A stretch of 64,000 bases of DNA from an uncultured Chloroflexia bacterium (lineage in GTDB: Bacteria; Chloroflexota; Anaerolineae; B4-G1; SLSP01), in contig CAVVUS010000014.1 of the NCBI GenBank assembly GCA_963751345.1, forward strand, positions 224,001-288,000. The letters run 5' to 3'. This document shows, one piece after another, positions 52,174 to 60,310 of the stretch. The translations under genes were made by a program, and so were the position numbers. Positions within the stretch are counted from its first letter, which is position 1; each line of letters begins with the position of its first letter. Under the pieces are notes generated by a model, which did not search any database, was not told where the DNA came from, and saw only the letters and a list, made by a program, of their open reading frames with translations.

Positions 52174-52713
52174 TCAAGCCCCAGTCTGCTCGGACGCCTT
52201 CGCAAGGTCAATAGCCCACGTCCCGCTCTTGCCGCCTTCCTTGCGAACGAGGCGTATGTTTGTGATTTGCATCGTCTTCTCGACGGCCTTTGCCATATCG
52301 TAGATCGTCAGTGCCGCCACGCTGACCGCGGTCAAGGCCTCCATCTCCACCCCGGTCTTGCCCCGCGTGCGTACAGTCGCCGTGATCCCGATGCGTGCAC
52401 GCCCAGTCTGCTGGGCGCGCCGTCCGAGGCGCGAGGCCTCCTCGTCAATCTCAAAAGTGACATCGATCTTGGTGAGTGCCAGCGGATGGCAGAGCGGGAT
52501 CAGATCGGCCGTATGCTTGGCCGCCATTATCCCCGCAATCTGGGCAGTCGTCAGGACGTCGCCTTTCGGCACACCCTCGGTCGCGATAAGGTGCAGCGTT
52601 TCGGGCAGCATCATGACCTCACCCTTCGCCACCGCCAGCCGCTCGGTATCCTCCTTGTCGCCGACATCCACCATCCGGACGCTGCCCGTCTCATCTACGT
52701 GCGTCAGATCCAT
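52174..52713 (-). CDS. moaC: Cyclic pyranopterin monophosphate synthase MoaC
   Basis: [47 protein letters not shown]. Confidence 0.96.
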   Translation of the reverse strand: MDLTHVDETGSVRMVDVGDKEDTERLAVAKGEVMMLPETLHLIATEGVPKGDVLTTAQIAGIMAAKHTADLIPLCHPLALTKIDVTFEIDEEASRLGRRAQQTGRARIGITATVRTRGKTGVEMEALTAVSVAALTIYDMAKAVEKTMQITNIRLVRKEGGKSGTWAIDLAKASEQTGA

Positions 52714-52717
52714 GCGC

Positions 52718-53767
52718 TCAACCTCCGATCTGGGCCATTGCTCGTTTTTCCGCGCGCTCATCCATATTGAGACGGTGTCCCAGGGGTTTGGCCTGGATGG
52801 CGCTCATGAGCAGCGCCTTAAGGTCCTCCTCGTCCGCCCCACTCCGCAGAGGCGTTCTCAGATCGATCTCATCGTCTGCGAGAAGACACGGGCGCAGCTT
52901 ACCATCAGAAGTCAGCCGCAGACGGTTGCAGAGGTCACAGAAGTGCGCGCTGACCGGCGTGATAAAGCCCAGGGTGCCACCTGCGCCAGGCAGTCGATAG
53001 CTCCGTGCCGGACCAGCACCCACAGGTCCTTCGACCTGCGTCAAGTGTCCCAGGGAGGCTTCCACGCGGGCGCGGATTTCCACCGCCGGCACTACGTGCG
53101 TACGCCAGTTCTCGTCGAGAGCCCCCACGTCGCCAACAGGCATCCACTCGATGAAGCGCAGATGCCACCCGTCGCTGATCGTCTTTCGTGCCAGATCGAC
53201 AACCTCGTCGTCATTGAGATCGCGGATCACCACCGCGTTGATCTTCACGGGTCCCAGTCCCGCCGCTTCAGCAGCATCGATCCCCGCCAGCACGTCTCCG
53301 AGCCGGCCGCGTCGCGTCATTGTCGTGAACCGCTCGGGGCGCAGTGTGTCGAGGCTGATATTGATCCTATCTAGCCCCGCCTCGGCCAGGTCCGCAGCAA
53401 ACCGGCTCAACAGCACGCCGTTGCTCGTCATCGAGAGATCCTCGATCCCCGGAACGTTCGCCAGGGCGCGCACGAGATCGACAATGCCCAATCTGACCAA
53501 CGGTTCGCCCCCGGTCAGACGTACCTTACGCACACCGAGCGCAACCGCCGCGCGGACCACGGCCTCAATCTCCTCGAACCGCAGGATCTCGTCGTGGCCG
53601 CAGAGCGACACACCCTCTTCCGGCATACAATAGACGCAGCGAAGGTTGCAGCGGTCCGTCACCGAGATGCGGAGGTAGTCAATCGAGCGCATATACCTAT
53701 CGTACGCAACCATAGTGGCTCCCACTCTACTCATAGATCCAGGCACTTTATCTTCCAACTTGCTCAC
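52718..53767 (-). CDS. moaA: GTP 3',8-cyclase MoaA (radical SAM)
   Basis: [45 protein letters not shown]-terminal IGG. Confidence 0.97.
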   Translation of the reverse strand: MSKLEDKVPGSMSRVGATMVAYDRYMRSIDYLRISVTDRCNLRCVYCMPEEGVSLCGHDEILRFEEIEAVVRAAVALGVRKVRLTGGEPLVRLGIVDLVRALANVPGIEDLSMTSNGVLLSRFAADLAEAGLDRINISLDTLRPERFTTMTRRGRLGDVLAGIDAAEAAGLGPVKINAVVIRDLNDDEVVDLARKTISDGWHLRFIEWMPVGDVGALDENWRTHVVPAVEIRARVEASLGHLTQVEGPVGAGPARSYRLPGAGGTLGFITPVSAHFCDLCNRLRLTSDGKLRPCLLADDEIDLRTPLRSGADEEDLKALLMSAIQAKPLGHRLNMDERAEKRAMAQIGG

Positions 53768-53770
53768 GTG

Positions 53771-54319
53771 CTATCGACGCTCGGCGAGATAGGCAAAAAA
53801 CCCGGCTTTGCGCAGCGCCCGCAGCGTCAAAGCCCCGAGGACGCCGCCGAGCGCACCGAATATGGCATAAGTCAGGAACGACCACGCCAGCCCCAAGGCC
53901 ACGAACCCCAGCGGCGCGCCGGTCAGCACGCCCAAGATCCACTTTACCAGGAACTTGCCCAGATGCCCGAGCATCCCCGCCAACCCCGCAGCGACGAAGT
54001 TCTCCGGGCTTCCCAACAGCCATAGCGCCAGGTCCGCGGCGATTCCGACCACCGTATAAGAGAGAAAGGTGTTGAGGGCACCGAGATCGCCCATGCCCAG
54101 GAACGCCGCAAGTACCCCCGACGAGACCCCGACCAGGCTGGCCGCGCCCCGCTTGGGGACGATACCCGCAGCCGCGATGACAATCGCCAACCAGAAAAGA
54201 CCGGAGTGCCCCGGAACCTGTATGGGGAACCGGAGCGCGATCTTGGCGACCACGACCAATGCCGCGAATAGCGCCAGCAGGACCAACTCAAAGGTGGAGA
54301 AATACGCCTTCTTGTCCAT
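53771..54319 (-). CDS. ECF transporter substrate-specific S-component
   Basis: ~180 aa with ~6 TMs; ALFAALVVV (AxxxA-type helix 1), PGHSG loop; adjacent to the ECF ATPase/T module. Confidence 0.75.
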   Translation of the reverse strand: MDKKAYFSTFELVLLALFAALVVVAKIALRFPIQVPGHSGLFWLAIVIAAAGIVPKRGAASLVGVSSGVLAAFLGMGDLGALNTFLSYTVVGIAADLALWLLGSPENFVAAGLAGMLGHLGKFLVKWILGVLTGAPLGFVALGLAWSFLTYAIFGALGGVLGALTLRALRKAGFFAYLAERR

Positions 54320-54798
54320 CAATTCACGTCGATCCGGTCGACATCCTGAACCCATTCGTCGCGGGTGGCAAGCCCCGGCATTCTTGAAGCAAGCTTCAGA
54401 GTTCCACGCCCCGAGAGATCGAACATGATCATATTGTCGACGTCGCCGATCTCCCCCCAGGTCAGGTCAACGGACCTTTCCCGGCTGCTGCTGCTCACGA
54501 TGATCTCGGTATCCGCCGTCAAGTCATCGGCCGGGAGAATCTGAAGGAGAACGTCCTTCAGCAGCCACCCCTCCTGGGTCTTGCCCTCTTCATCGTCCAC
54601 GAAACTGACCTTCTCAAGCGATGCCAGATCGTCAGGTGTGAAAGCGCCGGCCAGCTGGCCGTTGACGTAAACAGGAATGCTGCCGGGTACCAGTCCCGCC
54701 ACTGTGTTGCGCCGGCGAATCAATTCGCCTACGAGCACAACGCCCGCCACCAACGCTACAACCACAAGTACAATGACGATCCGCGTACTCTGCTTCAT
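54319..54798 (-). CDS. Membrane-anchored protein resembling the molybdopterin-dependent oxidoreductase (SUOX/MsrP) fold, with no Cys
   Basis: N-terminal TM; FTPDDLASL...EGWLLKDVL...GTLKLAS...WVQDVDRIDV pattern. Confidence 0.6.
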   Translation of the reverse strand: MKQSTRIVIVLVVVALVAGVVLVGELIRRRNTVAGLVPGSIPVYVNGQLAGAFTPDDLASLEKVSFVDDEEGKTQEGWLLKDVLLQILPADDLTADTEIIVSSSSRERSVDLTWGEIGDVDNMIMFDLSGRGTLKLASRMPGLATRDEWVQDVDRIDVN

Positions 54799-57098
54799 AC
54801 AGTTCCTCTATATGCCAACACCAAAAGACCCATCGCAGCCAGGGTCGCCCCGATCAAGACCCAATCAGCCCAGCGCATCCGGAGAACGTGATACGGAGCG
54901 CGATGCGGCGACTCGAATCCCCGGGCATAGGCAGCTTCGGTCATCGTCCACGCCCGCCGCGTCGCCATGACGATAGCCGGCACGGTCAATGTGATGAGAT
55001 CTCGGGGCCGCCATCCGAGCGCCCTCCTCAGCCCTTCCCCCGATTTGGCCCGGAATATGCCGCTGGAGAAGAACGGGAAATGCGCCCCCGCCGTCCGAGG
55101 CGCATCCGCCGTCTGAGGCGCATCCGCCGTCCGAGGCGCCCCCACTCCCCGCGCCATCTGCGCCTCGCGGATTGAGCGCCACTCGCCACGCAGCAGCTCG
55201 ACACTCTGGAACGCCAAGCTGAGGCTGAAGGCATACCGGTACGGGAGACCCAGGCGCTCCAGGCCCAGCCCGAACTCCTCCGGTGTCGTCGTACTGACCA
55301 GCAGGGCGAAGACACTCGCCAGGAGCGCCACGCGCAGCGTGATCACCACGGCCAGGTCCAGACCGATGAAGATCCAATCTACCGCGAACAGAGCCACCAA
55401 GAGCCACCTGAGCCGCCAGATCTGGCGACCGGCAACCTTCAGCAGCTGCGCCCACAGGAGCAGCGCACCATACAAGGCGATGAACACCAGCATTCGCTCC
55501 AGCGGCAGCATCACAGCCAGTGAGGTCACCACGCTCAAGGCCAGTTTCGCCCGCGGGTCCACGTGACGCAGGGGTGATTGCGTCACCAACTGGGCGGAGC
55601 GGTGGGGAGGCAGAGGAGCCGGGGAGCCAAGGAGCCGAGGAGTTACCTCACATTCCCTCGCGCCTCCGTTGCTTTGCACGGGACATACCCAGTCAGGGAC
55701 GCGAAGGCCGATCCGACGCCAGGCGGAATCCTCGGAGAAGACCACATCCGGGGGCCCGTCTGCCACGAGCCCGTCTCGGCCCAACAACAGAACACGATCG
55801 GCCTGCGCCGCCAATGCCAGATCGTGGGTCGTCATCATCACGATGCGCCCTCGCTCAGCCAGGGCCCGCGCCACGCGCATCAGACGCGCCTTGTGACCGG
55901 CATCCTGACCCAACGATGGCTCGTCCAACAGCACCCCATGCCTCGGCGCACGCATCAACGCCGTGGCCAGGGCAACGCGTTTCTTCTCACCCTCGCTCAA
56001 GAGCAGCGGTGACAGTCCCTCATAGCGTGCCAGACCCAGATTCTCCATGAGCCAGCGAAACCGCCCTGGATCGGGCGTGTCCAGGCGGAATAGCACTTCG
56101 TCACGCACGGTGGGGTTGAAGAGCTGCACGTCCGGATTTTGGAAGACCATCGCGAGATCCGGTCGTCCGCCATCCACTCGAACCGATCCGGTGTGACCTT
56201 GCAGCCCCATCAATGCACGCAGCAGCGTCGTCTTGCCGACACCATTGGGCCCGACGACGGCGACGATCTGGCCACCGGGGATAACAAGATCCAGGCCATG
56301 CAGAATCCTGCGCCCTCCCAGATCCACACCCAGGCCGGCGATCTCCAGCGCGAAGGGTGCAAACGAGGGCGAAGGGAACTCACGCACCGGGTATGGCGCA
56401 TCGGAGGGTATGTCGGCCTTATGCAGGCCCAGAGCCAAGGTATACAAGCCCGACAGCGGCTGCAGGGGTTCCTGCCGGTGCTCGCAAATCACGACCGCGG
56501 TACCCCGGCGCCCAAGCGATTCGAGGCGCGCAACTAGATCGGCACTTGCCGTGCTGTCGAGCATCGACAGGGGCTCGTCGAGGACCAAGACCGGCGGACG
56601 CCGGGCCATCACCGCGGCCAATGCCAATCGCTGCTGTTCTCCGCCCGACAACGTCTGGGGCGACCGGTCTACGAGGTGATCCAACCCAAAGGAGTCAAGG
56701 GCCTCGTCAAGGCGCCCTGCGATCTCACATGATGACAGTCCGAGGTTCTCCAGGCCAAAGACGATCTCGGCCTCGACCGAAGAGCCCAGCATCTGGGCCG
56801 CCGCGTTCTGGAGTACAAACCCGACCCGCTCCGATAGATGCCACAGCGGCGTGTCCACCGTTCTCACCGCATGGGTCGGCCCCGCACCATCCAGCCACAC
56901 CTCACCGGTGAGTTCCCCCCGATAGAGATGGGGGATCAGTCCGGTCAAACAACGTGCCAACGTGCTCTTTCCGCACCCCGAAGGGCCCGTGACCAGGAGC
57001 ACATCCCCGGCCTCCACCGCCAAGGACACAGGCCTCAGCCCGTGGGAATGCTGCGGGTACCGGTAGGCAACGTCGTCAGCTCTGAGAAGAGGAGACAT
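54795..57098 (-). CDS. Fused ECF module: two ATPases plus transmembrane T component (A-A-T)
   Basis: GPSGCGKS/LSGGEQQR/LDEP; GPNGVGKT/LSEGEKKR/LDEP; DPRAKL, AQMARG, AYARGF. Confidence 0.9.
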   Translation of the reverse strand: MSPLLRADDVAYRYPQHSHGLRPVSLAVEAGDVLLVTGPSGCGKSTLARCLTGLIPHLYRGELTGEVWLDGAGPTHAVRTVDTPLWHLSERVGFVLQNAAAQMLGSSVEAEIVFGLENLGLSSCEIAGRLDEALDSFGLDHLVDRSPQTLSGGEQQRLALAAVMARRPPVLVLDEPLSMLDSTASADLVARLESLGRRGTAVVICEHRQEPLQPLSGLYTLALGLHKADIPSDAPYPVREFPSPSFAPFALEIAGLGVDLGGRRILHGLDLVIPGGQIVAVVGPNGVGKTTLLRALMGLQGHTGSVRVDGGRPDLAMVFQNPDVQLFNPTVRDEVLFRLDTPDPGRFRWLMENLGLARYEGLSPLLLSEGEKKRVALATALMRAPRHGVLLDEPSLGQDAGHKARLMRVARALAERGRIVMMTTHDLALAAQADRVLLLGRDGLVADGPPDVVFSEDSAWRRIGLRVPDWVCPVQSNGGARECEVTPRLLGSPAPLPPHRSAQLVTQSPLRHVDPRAKLALSVVTSLAVMLPLERMLVFIALYGALLLWAQLLKVAGRQIWRLRWLLVALFAVDWIFIGLDLAVVITLRVALLASVFALLVSTTTPEEFGLGLERLGLPYRYAFSLSLAFQSVELLRGEWRSIREAQMARGVGAPRTADAPQTADAPRTAGAHFPFFSSGIFRAKSGEGLRRALGWRPRDLITLTVPAIVMATRRAWTMTEAAYARGFESPHRAPYHVLRMRWADWVLIGATLAAMGLLVLAYRGTV
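55088..55139 (-). repeat. In-frame 18-bp tandem repeat in the T domain (AP[RQ]TAD x3)
   Basis: ccgccgtc(c/t)gaggcgcat units. Confidence 0.85.
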
Positions 57099-57784
57099 CA
57101 GTCAAGTTTCAGCGGCATCCAATATCCATCGGCCTGCTCCACAACAGCAATCGGCCTTCCACCGCGACGCGCGGGACGCAGCCGATCGGTCTGTACCAGA
57201 CCCTCGCTTACGATTTCCCCATCCATCGTCTGCACGGCGGCGATACCGGCACCGAGAACCGCTGAGATAGGCTGGAGCCCCTGTAGATCACGCATCGTGC
57301 CGACGAGCACGTAGCGCCCGTCCTCGCCGCTGGCGGCCAAACCAACCGCCGCCAGGGCACCGATAACACCATCTTCGTCGCCTCCGAGCCCAAGCAGAGG
57401 CAGGCCCAATTCCCTGGCCAGATCGCGAGCCTCGGCCCGCGTGACCAATTCCTGCTGTACGCGGTGCCCGAATGCGGTAGCCTCCGGCGGTACGTCCACC
57501 GCGATGCACAATCCAGGATCGCTGCCCGGCACGTTCTCGGCTACCATCAAGTCACGCACACGCGCCAGAAGCTCATCGACATCGATGCCGGTGGAGGGTT
57601 CCAGCAGGATCGCCGCGCTGCTGTTATTCTTCGTACATGGAACGCGGGGGTCGCGCAGCAGTTGGTGGCGCGTCACGCCCAACACCGTGTAGTCCTCGGC
57701 CAAGTTCGCGGCGATTTCCCGGGCCAGATGCCCCGTTCCGCGCGATTCCAGAACATCCGTGTCATCGAGTCCGATATAGATCAT
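57098..57784 (-). CDS. Stand-alone TiaS N-terminal-like (DUF1743-related) protein
   Basis: MIYIGLDDTD...RGTG, RHQL...PRVPCTKNNSSA, SDPGLC, DGVIGALAAVG; no OB or Zn-ribbon tRNA-binding domains. Confidence 0.7.
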   Translation of the reverse strand: MIYIGLDDTDVLESRGTGHLAREIAANLAEDYTVLGVTRHQLLRDPRVPCTKNNSSAAILLEPSTGIDVDELLARVRDLMVAENVPGSDPGLCIAVDVPPEATAFGHRVQQELVTRAEARDLARELGLPLLGLGGDEDGVIGALAAVGLAASGEDGRYVLVGTMRDLQGLQPISAVLGAGIAAVQTMDGEIVSEGLVQTDRLRPARRGGRPIAVVEQADGYWMPLKLD

Positions 57785-57813
57785 AGTGGGCCCTGTCCTC
57801 ATCTGATGGCAAC

Positions 57814-57840
57814 AAAAAAGGCGTCTCACAAGGAGACGCC
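57814..57840 (-). terminator. Riboswitch-controlled intrinsic terminator
   Basis: GGCGTCTC-cttgt-GAGACGCC-TTTTTT on the minus strand. Confidence 0.9.
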
Positions 57841-57895
57841 GCACCCCACAACCACATACCAGGCAGGACGATCGACCTGCACTGTGGGCTGGTGC

Positions 57896-58009
57896 ATCTC
57901 CTTTCCAAACACGGGAGGCGTCGCCGTTTCCGACGAAACCCTATTGCCCAACGTCCATGGACCGTCCGCACAGATCGTGCTCAGCCTGTAGGCGCATTGG
58001 GTCGGAGAT
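57896..58009 (-). ncRNA. Moco/Tuco RNA motif (riboswitch candidate), P3-less subtype
   Basis: P1 AUCUCC/GGAGAU; P2 CCCAAUG/CGUUGGG with CCUAC...CAUGG receptor; AGGGU...GUCG-GAAA-CGGC P4; GCCUCCCGUGUUUGGAAAGGAG 3' signature; upstream of moa/moe genes. Confidence 0.9.
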
Positions 58010-58030
58010 TGACCGTAATCCGCACCCGGG

Positions 58031-58058
58031 ATTATACCCGGCGCGCCTCTAGCGACAA
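58031..58058 (-). promoter_or_regulatory. Sigma70-type promoter of the riboswitch operon
   Basis: TTGTCG-16 nt-TATAAT on the minus strand, ~20 nt before P1. Confidence 0.75.
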
Positions 58059-58240
58059 GGCGGCCTCCCGCAACGCAGTACATATCTTCCGGCAGTGGCA
58101 GGGCGTACACATCGCGAGCCGGATCGGCCCACGAACCGAGTGGCGCCCACCGGTGTCGGTCTTCTCCGCCGTAGAGACGGGGCGGCGCCCCGTCTTCTGC
58201 CCGCGCGACACACGGCGCGGAGCCGGAAGACGCCCCGCCG

Positions 58241-58293
58241 ACGCGTTCCGACGCGCCAACGCGTTCCGACGCGCCAACGCGTTCCGACACGCG
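58241..58293 (+). repeat. Intergenic 18-bp tandem repeat
   Basis: acgcgttccgacgcgcca x2 plus a variant third copy. Confidence 0.85.
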
Positions 58294-58429
58294 TCGTGTG
58301 CACAAGGACACGCAGGCCGAGATGCGTTCGCCCTGTTGGCAGAGCTGTGGGCTCTCTACGCAGGATGGCTATGTTATAATGGCGCAGAGATGCGCACGCC
58401 GATCATCAAGGAGCCACAAGGACGGTGAC

Positions 58430-58898
58430 ATGAGCTTTACAGATCCCACGATTCACGTCTATGCCAACGGACACGGGTTTGTCGTGGTTCCGGTACTGAT
58501 CGATGCCGCGGGGCACGAGGTGGAGGGAACCCCGGCGAACCTCGCCGCGCTGACCTTAGGACGTCCCACCACGTTGGCCCTCACGAAGGCCCTCAGAAGC
58601 GCCCGCGAGCAGAGCGCAGCCGGCCAAAGCGACACCTGGATCGCATGGGATGGTGACAACGGCAAATGGTGGGCCCATCACCTTTTCAGGGCGACGATCG
58701 TGTGGCACGCCGATGCCGTGGTCATCACATCAGAGCCTCGCGGGAAAGCTCTGACGCAATCTTGCCGAGGCCCAAACAAGCCGGCCTCGCGCAGGACGAC
58801 CAATTGGAGCCCACAAGGTTTCCGAGCTTCCCGCGGACGCCCCGGCATCCGAGATCGCCGAGTGGCTGATTCGCCACCTCGGAGAGTGCTTGGGCTAA
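58430..58898 (+). CDS. Hypothetical protein (probably frameshifted near its 3' end)
   Basis: ATG at 58430; protein-like N-terminus; an alternative frame ends ELPADAPASEIAEWLIRHLGECLG*. Confidence 0.5.
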
Positions 58899-58926
58899 GG
58901 TGTCCCTCTGCGACCCGCTAGCACCC

Positions 58927-60279
58927 CTATTGCGACTCGGGCGCAGCCTGCTGGTCCAGGTAGGCCTTGATCGTGGGCATAGCGTTCAGCTTCTCATAGA
59001 AGAAGTTATTCACGATATTCAGCACCTCCGCACGCGCTGCCTCCGCCTCGGTGTTGAGTTCATCCCCTTCCTGTGGCCTGGAGAGGCTGTCGCGCAAACG
59101 AAGGAGCCGGCGCACGATTTCTGTCTCTTGCTCGCCTTCCAACGCATCAATCACGGAGAGGATCAGCGCGTCGATCTGCTGGAAGACATTCTCGCGCGAG
59201 ATCGCAGAACCCGACCGTACGGTGTCGTCCACGGTCCGGATGAGGCTGTGCACCTGGTAAAGCATCGTCGTGGGCTCGTCGAAGAGTTCGCGGAGGAAGG
59301 CCGCTTCCTCGTAGCGACCCGTCAAACGGAAGATGTTGTACATCCGCTTGGCGGCCTTGCCGTAGTTCAGAGGATCCTTCGCGATGTACTTCTGTACCTC
59401 ATGCTCCAGTCCGGCCACATAGTCGCCCAGCGCATCCGAGGATACATGCTTGACCAGCTTCGAGAAGATCGGCACAGACTCGGCCTGCAGATAGACTTCC
59501 TGGAAGTACGGGTCCAGATAGCCATCTAATGGCGTGATCGTACCATCTGGCGCTTCCCAGGTCACATCAAGCATATTGCTTGCGTTGGCGAGGGTGCCAC
59601 GCACGGGATCCGCCACTACCCAGTCGAGTTTGCACCAACCCGGGTCTTGCGCCGCCTCGTCCCAACCGATTGTCATCGGCGTGCCGTCCGAATGCGTGCC
59701 TCGGATCTCGCCGGCCTCGACGTCCGCCGCTGACCATGAGATGGGCGTCCCCGCCTTCATCGTGCGGCCATCCCGGACCATTTCCCGCGGATATGAGCCT
59801 AACTTGGCCTCAATGAACTGGTACGTGTCCCCACGCATCGTCTTGAGAGCCTTCTCGCGCATGACCTCACCCAGTATCCGGCAGCTATGCTCGCGGCTGT
59901 CGGCAATGATGTTGACGCGCTCGAAGTAATCGGCATCGCCCGGATAAGTCTGGATCTTCGATTGGGCGGCTGAGCCGGACAGGGCCAGGGCCGTCTCCAC
60001 CTTGCCGGGGACGTCATCGAACTCAACCAGCCGGCCGATTTCGCGAAAACGCGCGAGCTCCGCAGGGCTGAAGTCCAGCATTGTGACCCGGTGCCCGTAG
60101 ACGCCACTCTCCACATCCATCACGACGTTGGCCTCGGCCTGCATAGCTGCGATCGACGTGAGCCACTGCAGCGCTTCTTCCTCGTCCATTTCCACACCCA
60201 GACGCTTCGCGGACTCAATGATACTGTGCAGATTGGCTTCGCCATCGACTGTTCCCGCTCGGTCCGTGATTTCACCCAT
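58927..60279 (-). CDS. Pol-beta-superfamily nucleotidyltransferase-like protein
   Basis: LSGSAAQSKIQTYPGDADYF fits hG[GS]x(9-13)Dh[DE]h; possible third Asp in WCKLDWV; helical C-terminus; GGAGG RBS. Confidence 0.6.
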   Translation of the reverse strand: MGEITDRAGTVDGEANLHSIIESAKRLGVEMDEEEALQWLTSIAAMQAEANVVMDVESGVYGHRVTMLDFSPAELARFREIGRLVEFDDVPGKVETALALSGSAAQSKIQTYPGDADYFERVNIIADSREHSCRILGEVMREKALKTMRGDTYQFIEAKLGSYPREMVRDGRTMKAGTPISWSAADVEAGEIRGTHSDGTPMTIGWDEAAQDPGWCKLDWVVADPVRGTLANASNMLDVTWEAPDGTITPLDGYLDPYFQEVYLQAESVPIFSKLVKHVSSDALGDYVAGLEHEVQKYIAKDPLNYGKAAKRMYNIFRLTGRYEEAAFLRELFDEPTTMLYQVHSLIRTVDDTVRSGSAISRENVFQQIDALILSVIDALEGEQETEIVRRLLRLRDSLSRPQEGDELNTEAEAARAEVLNIVNNFFYEKLNAMPTIKAYLDQQAAPESQ

Positions 60280-60310
60280 CATAAGCCTCCTTACTACCTC
60301 GCTTCGCGCG

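Noticed and set aside
57896-58009. Cobalamin riboswitch, suggested by the adjacent ECF transporter
   Set aside because: No B12 box or GGGAA/GCCACUG elements; the sequence matches Moco RNA signatures instead.
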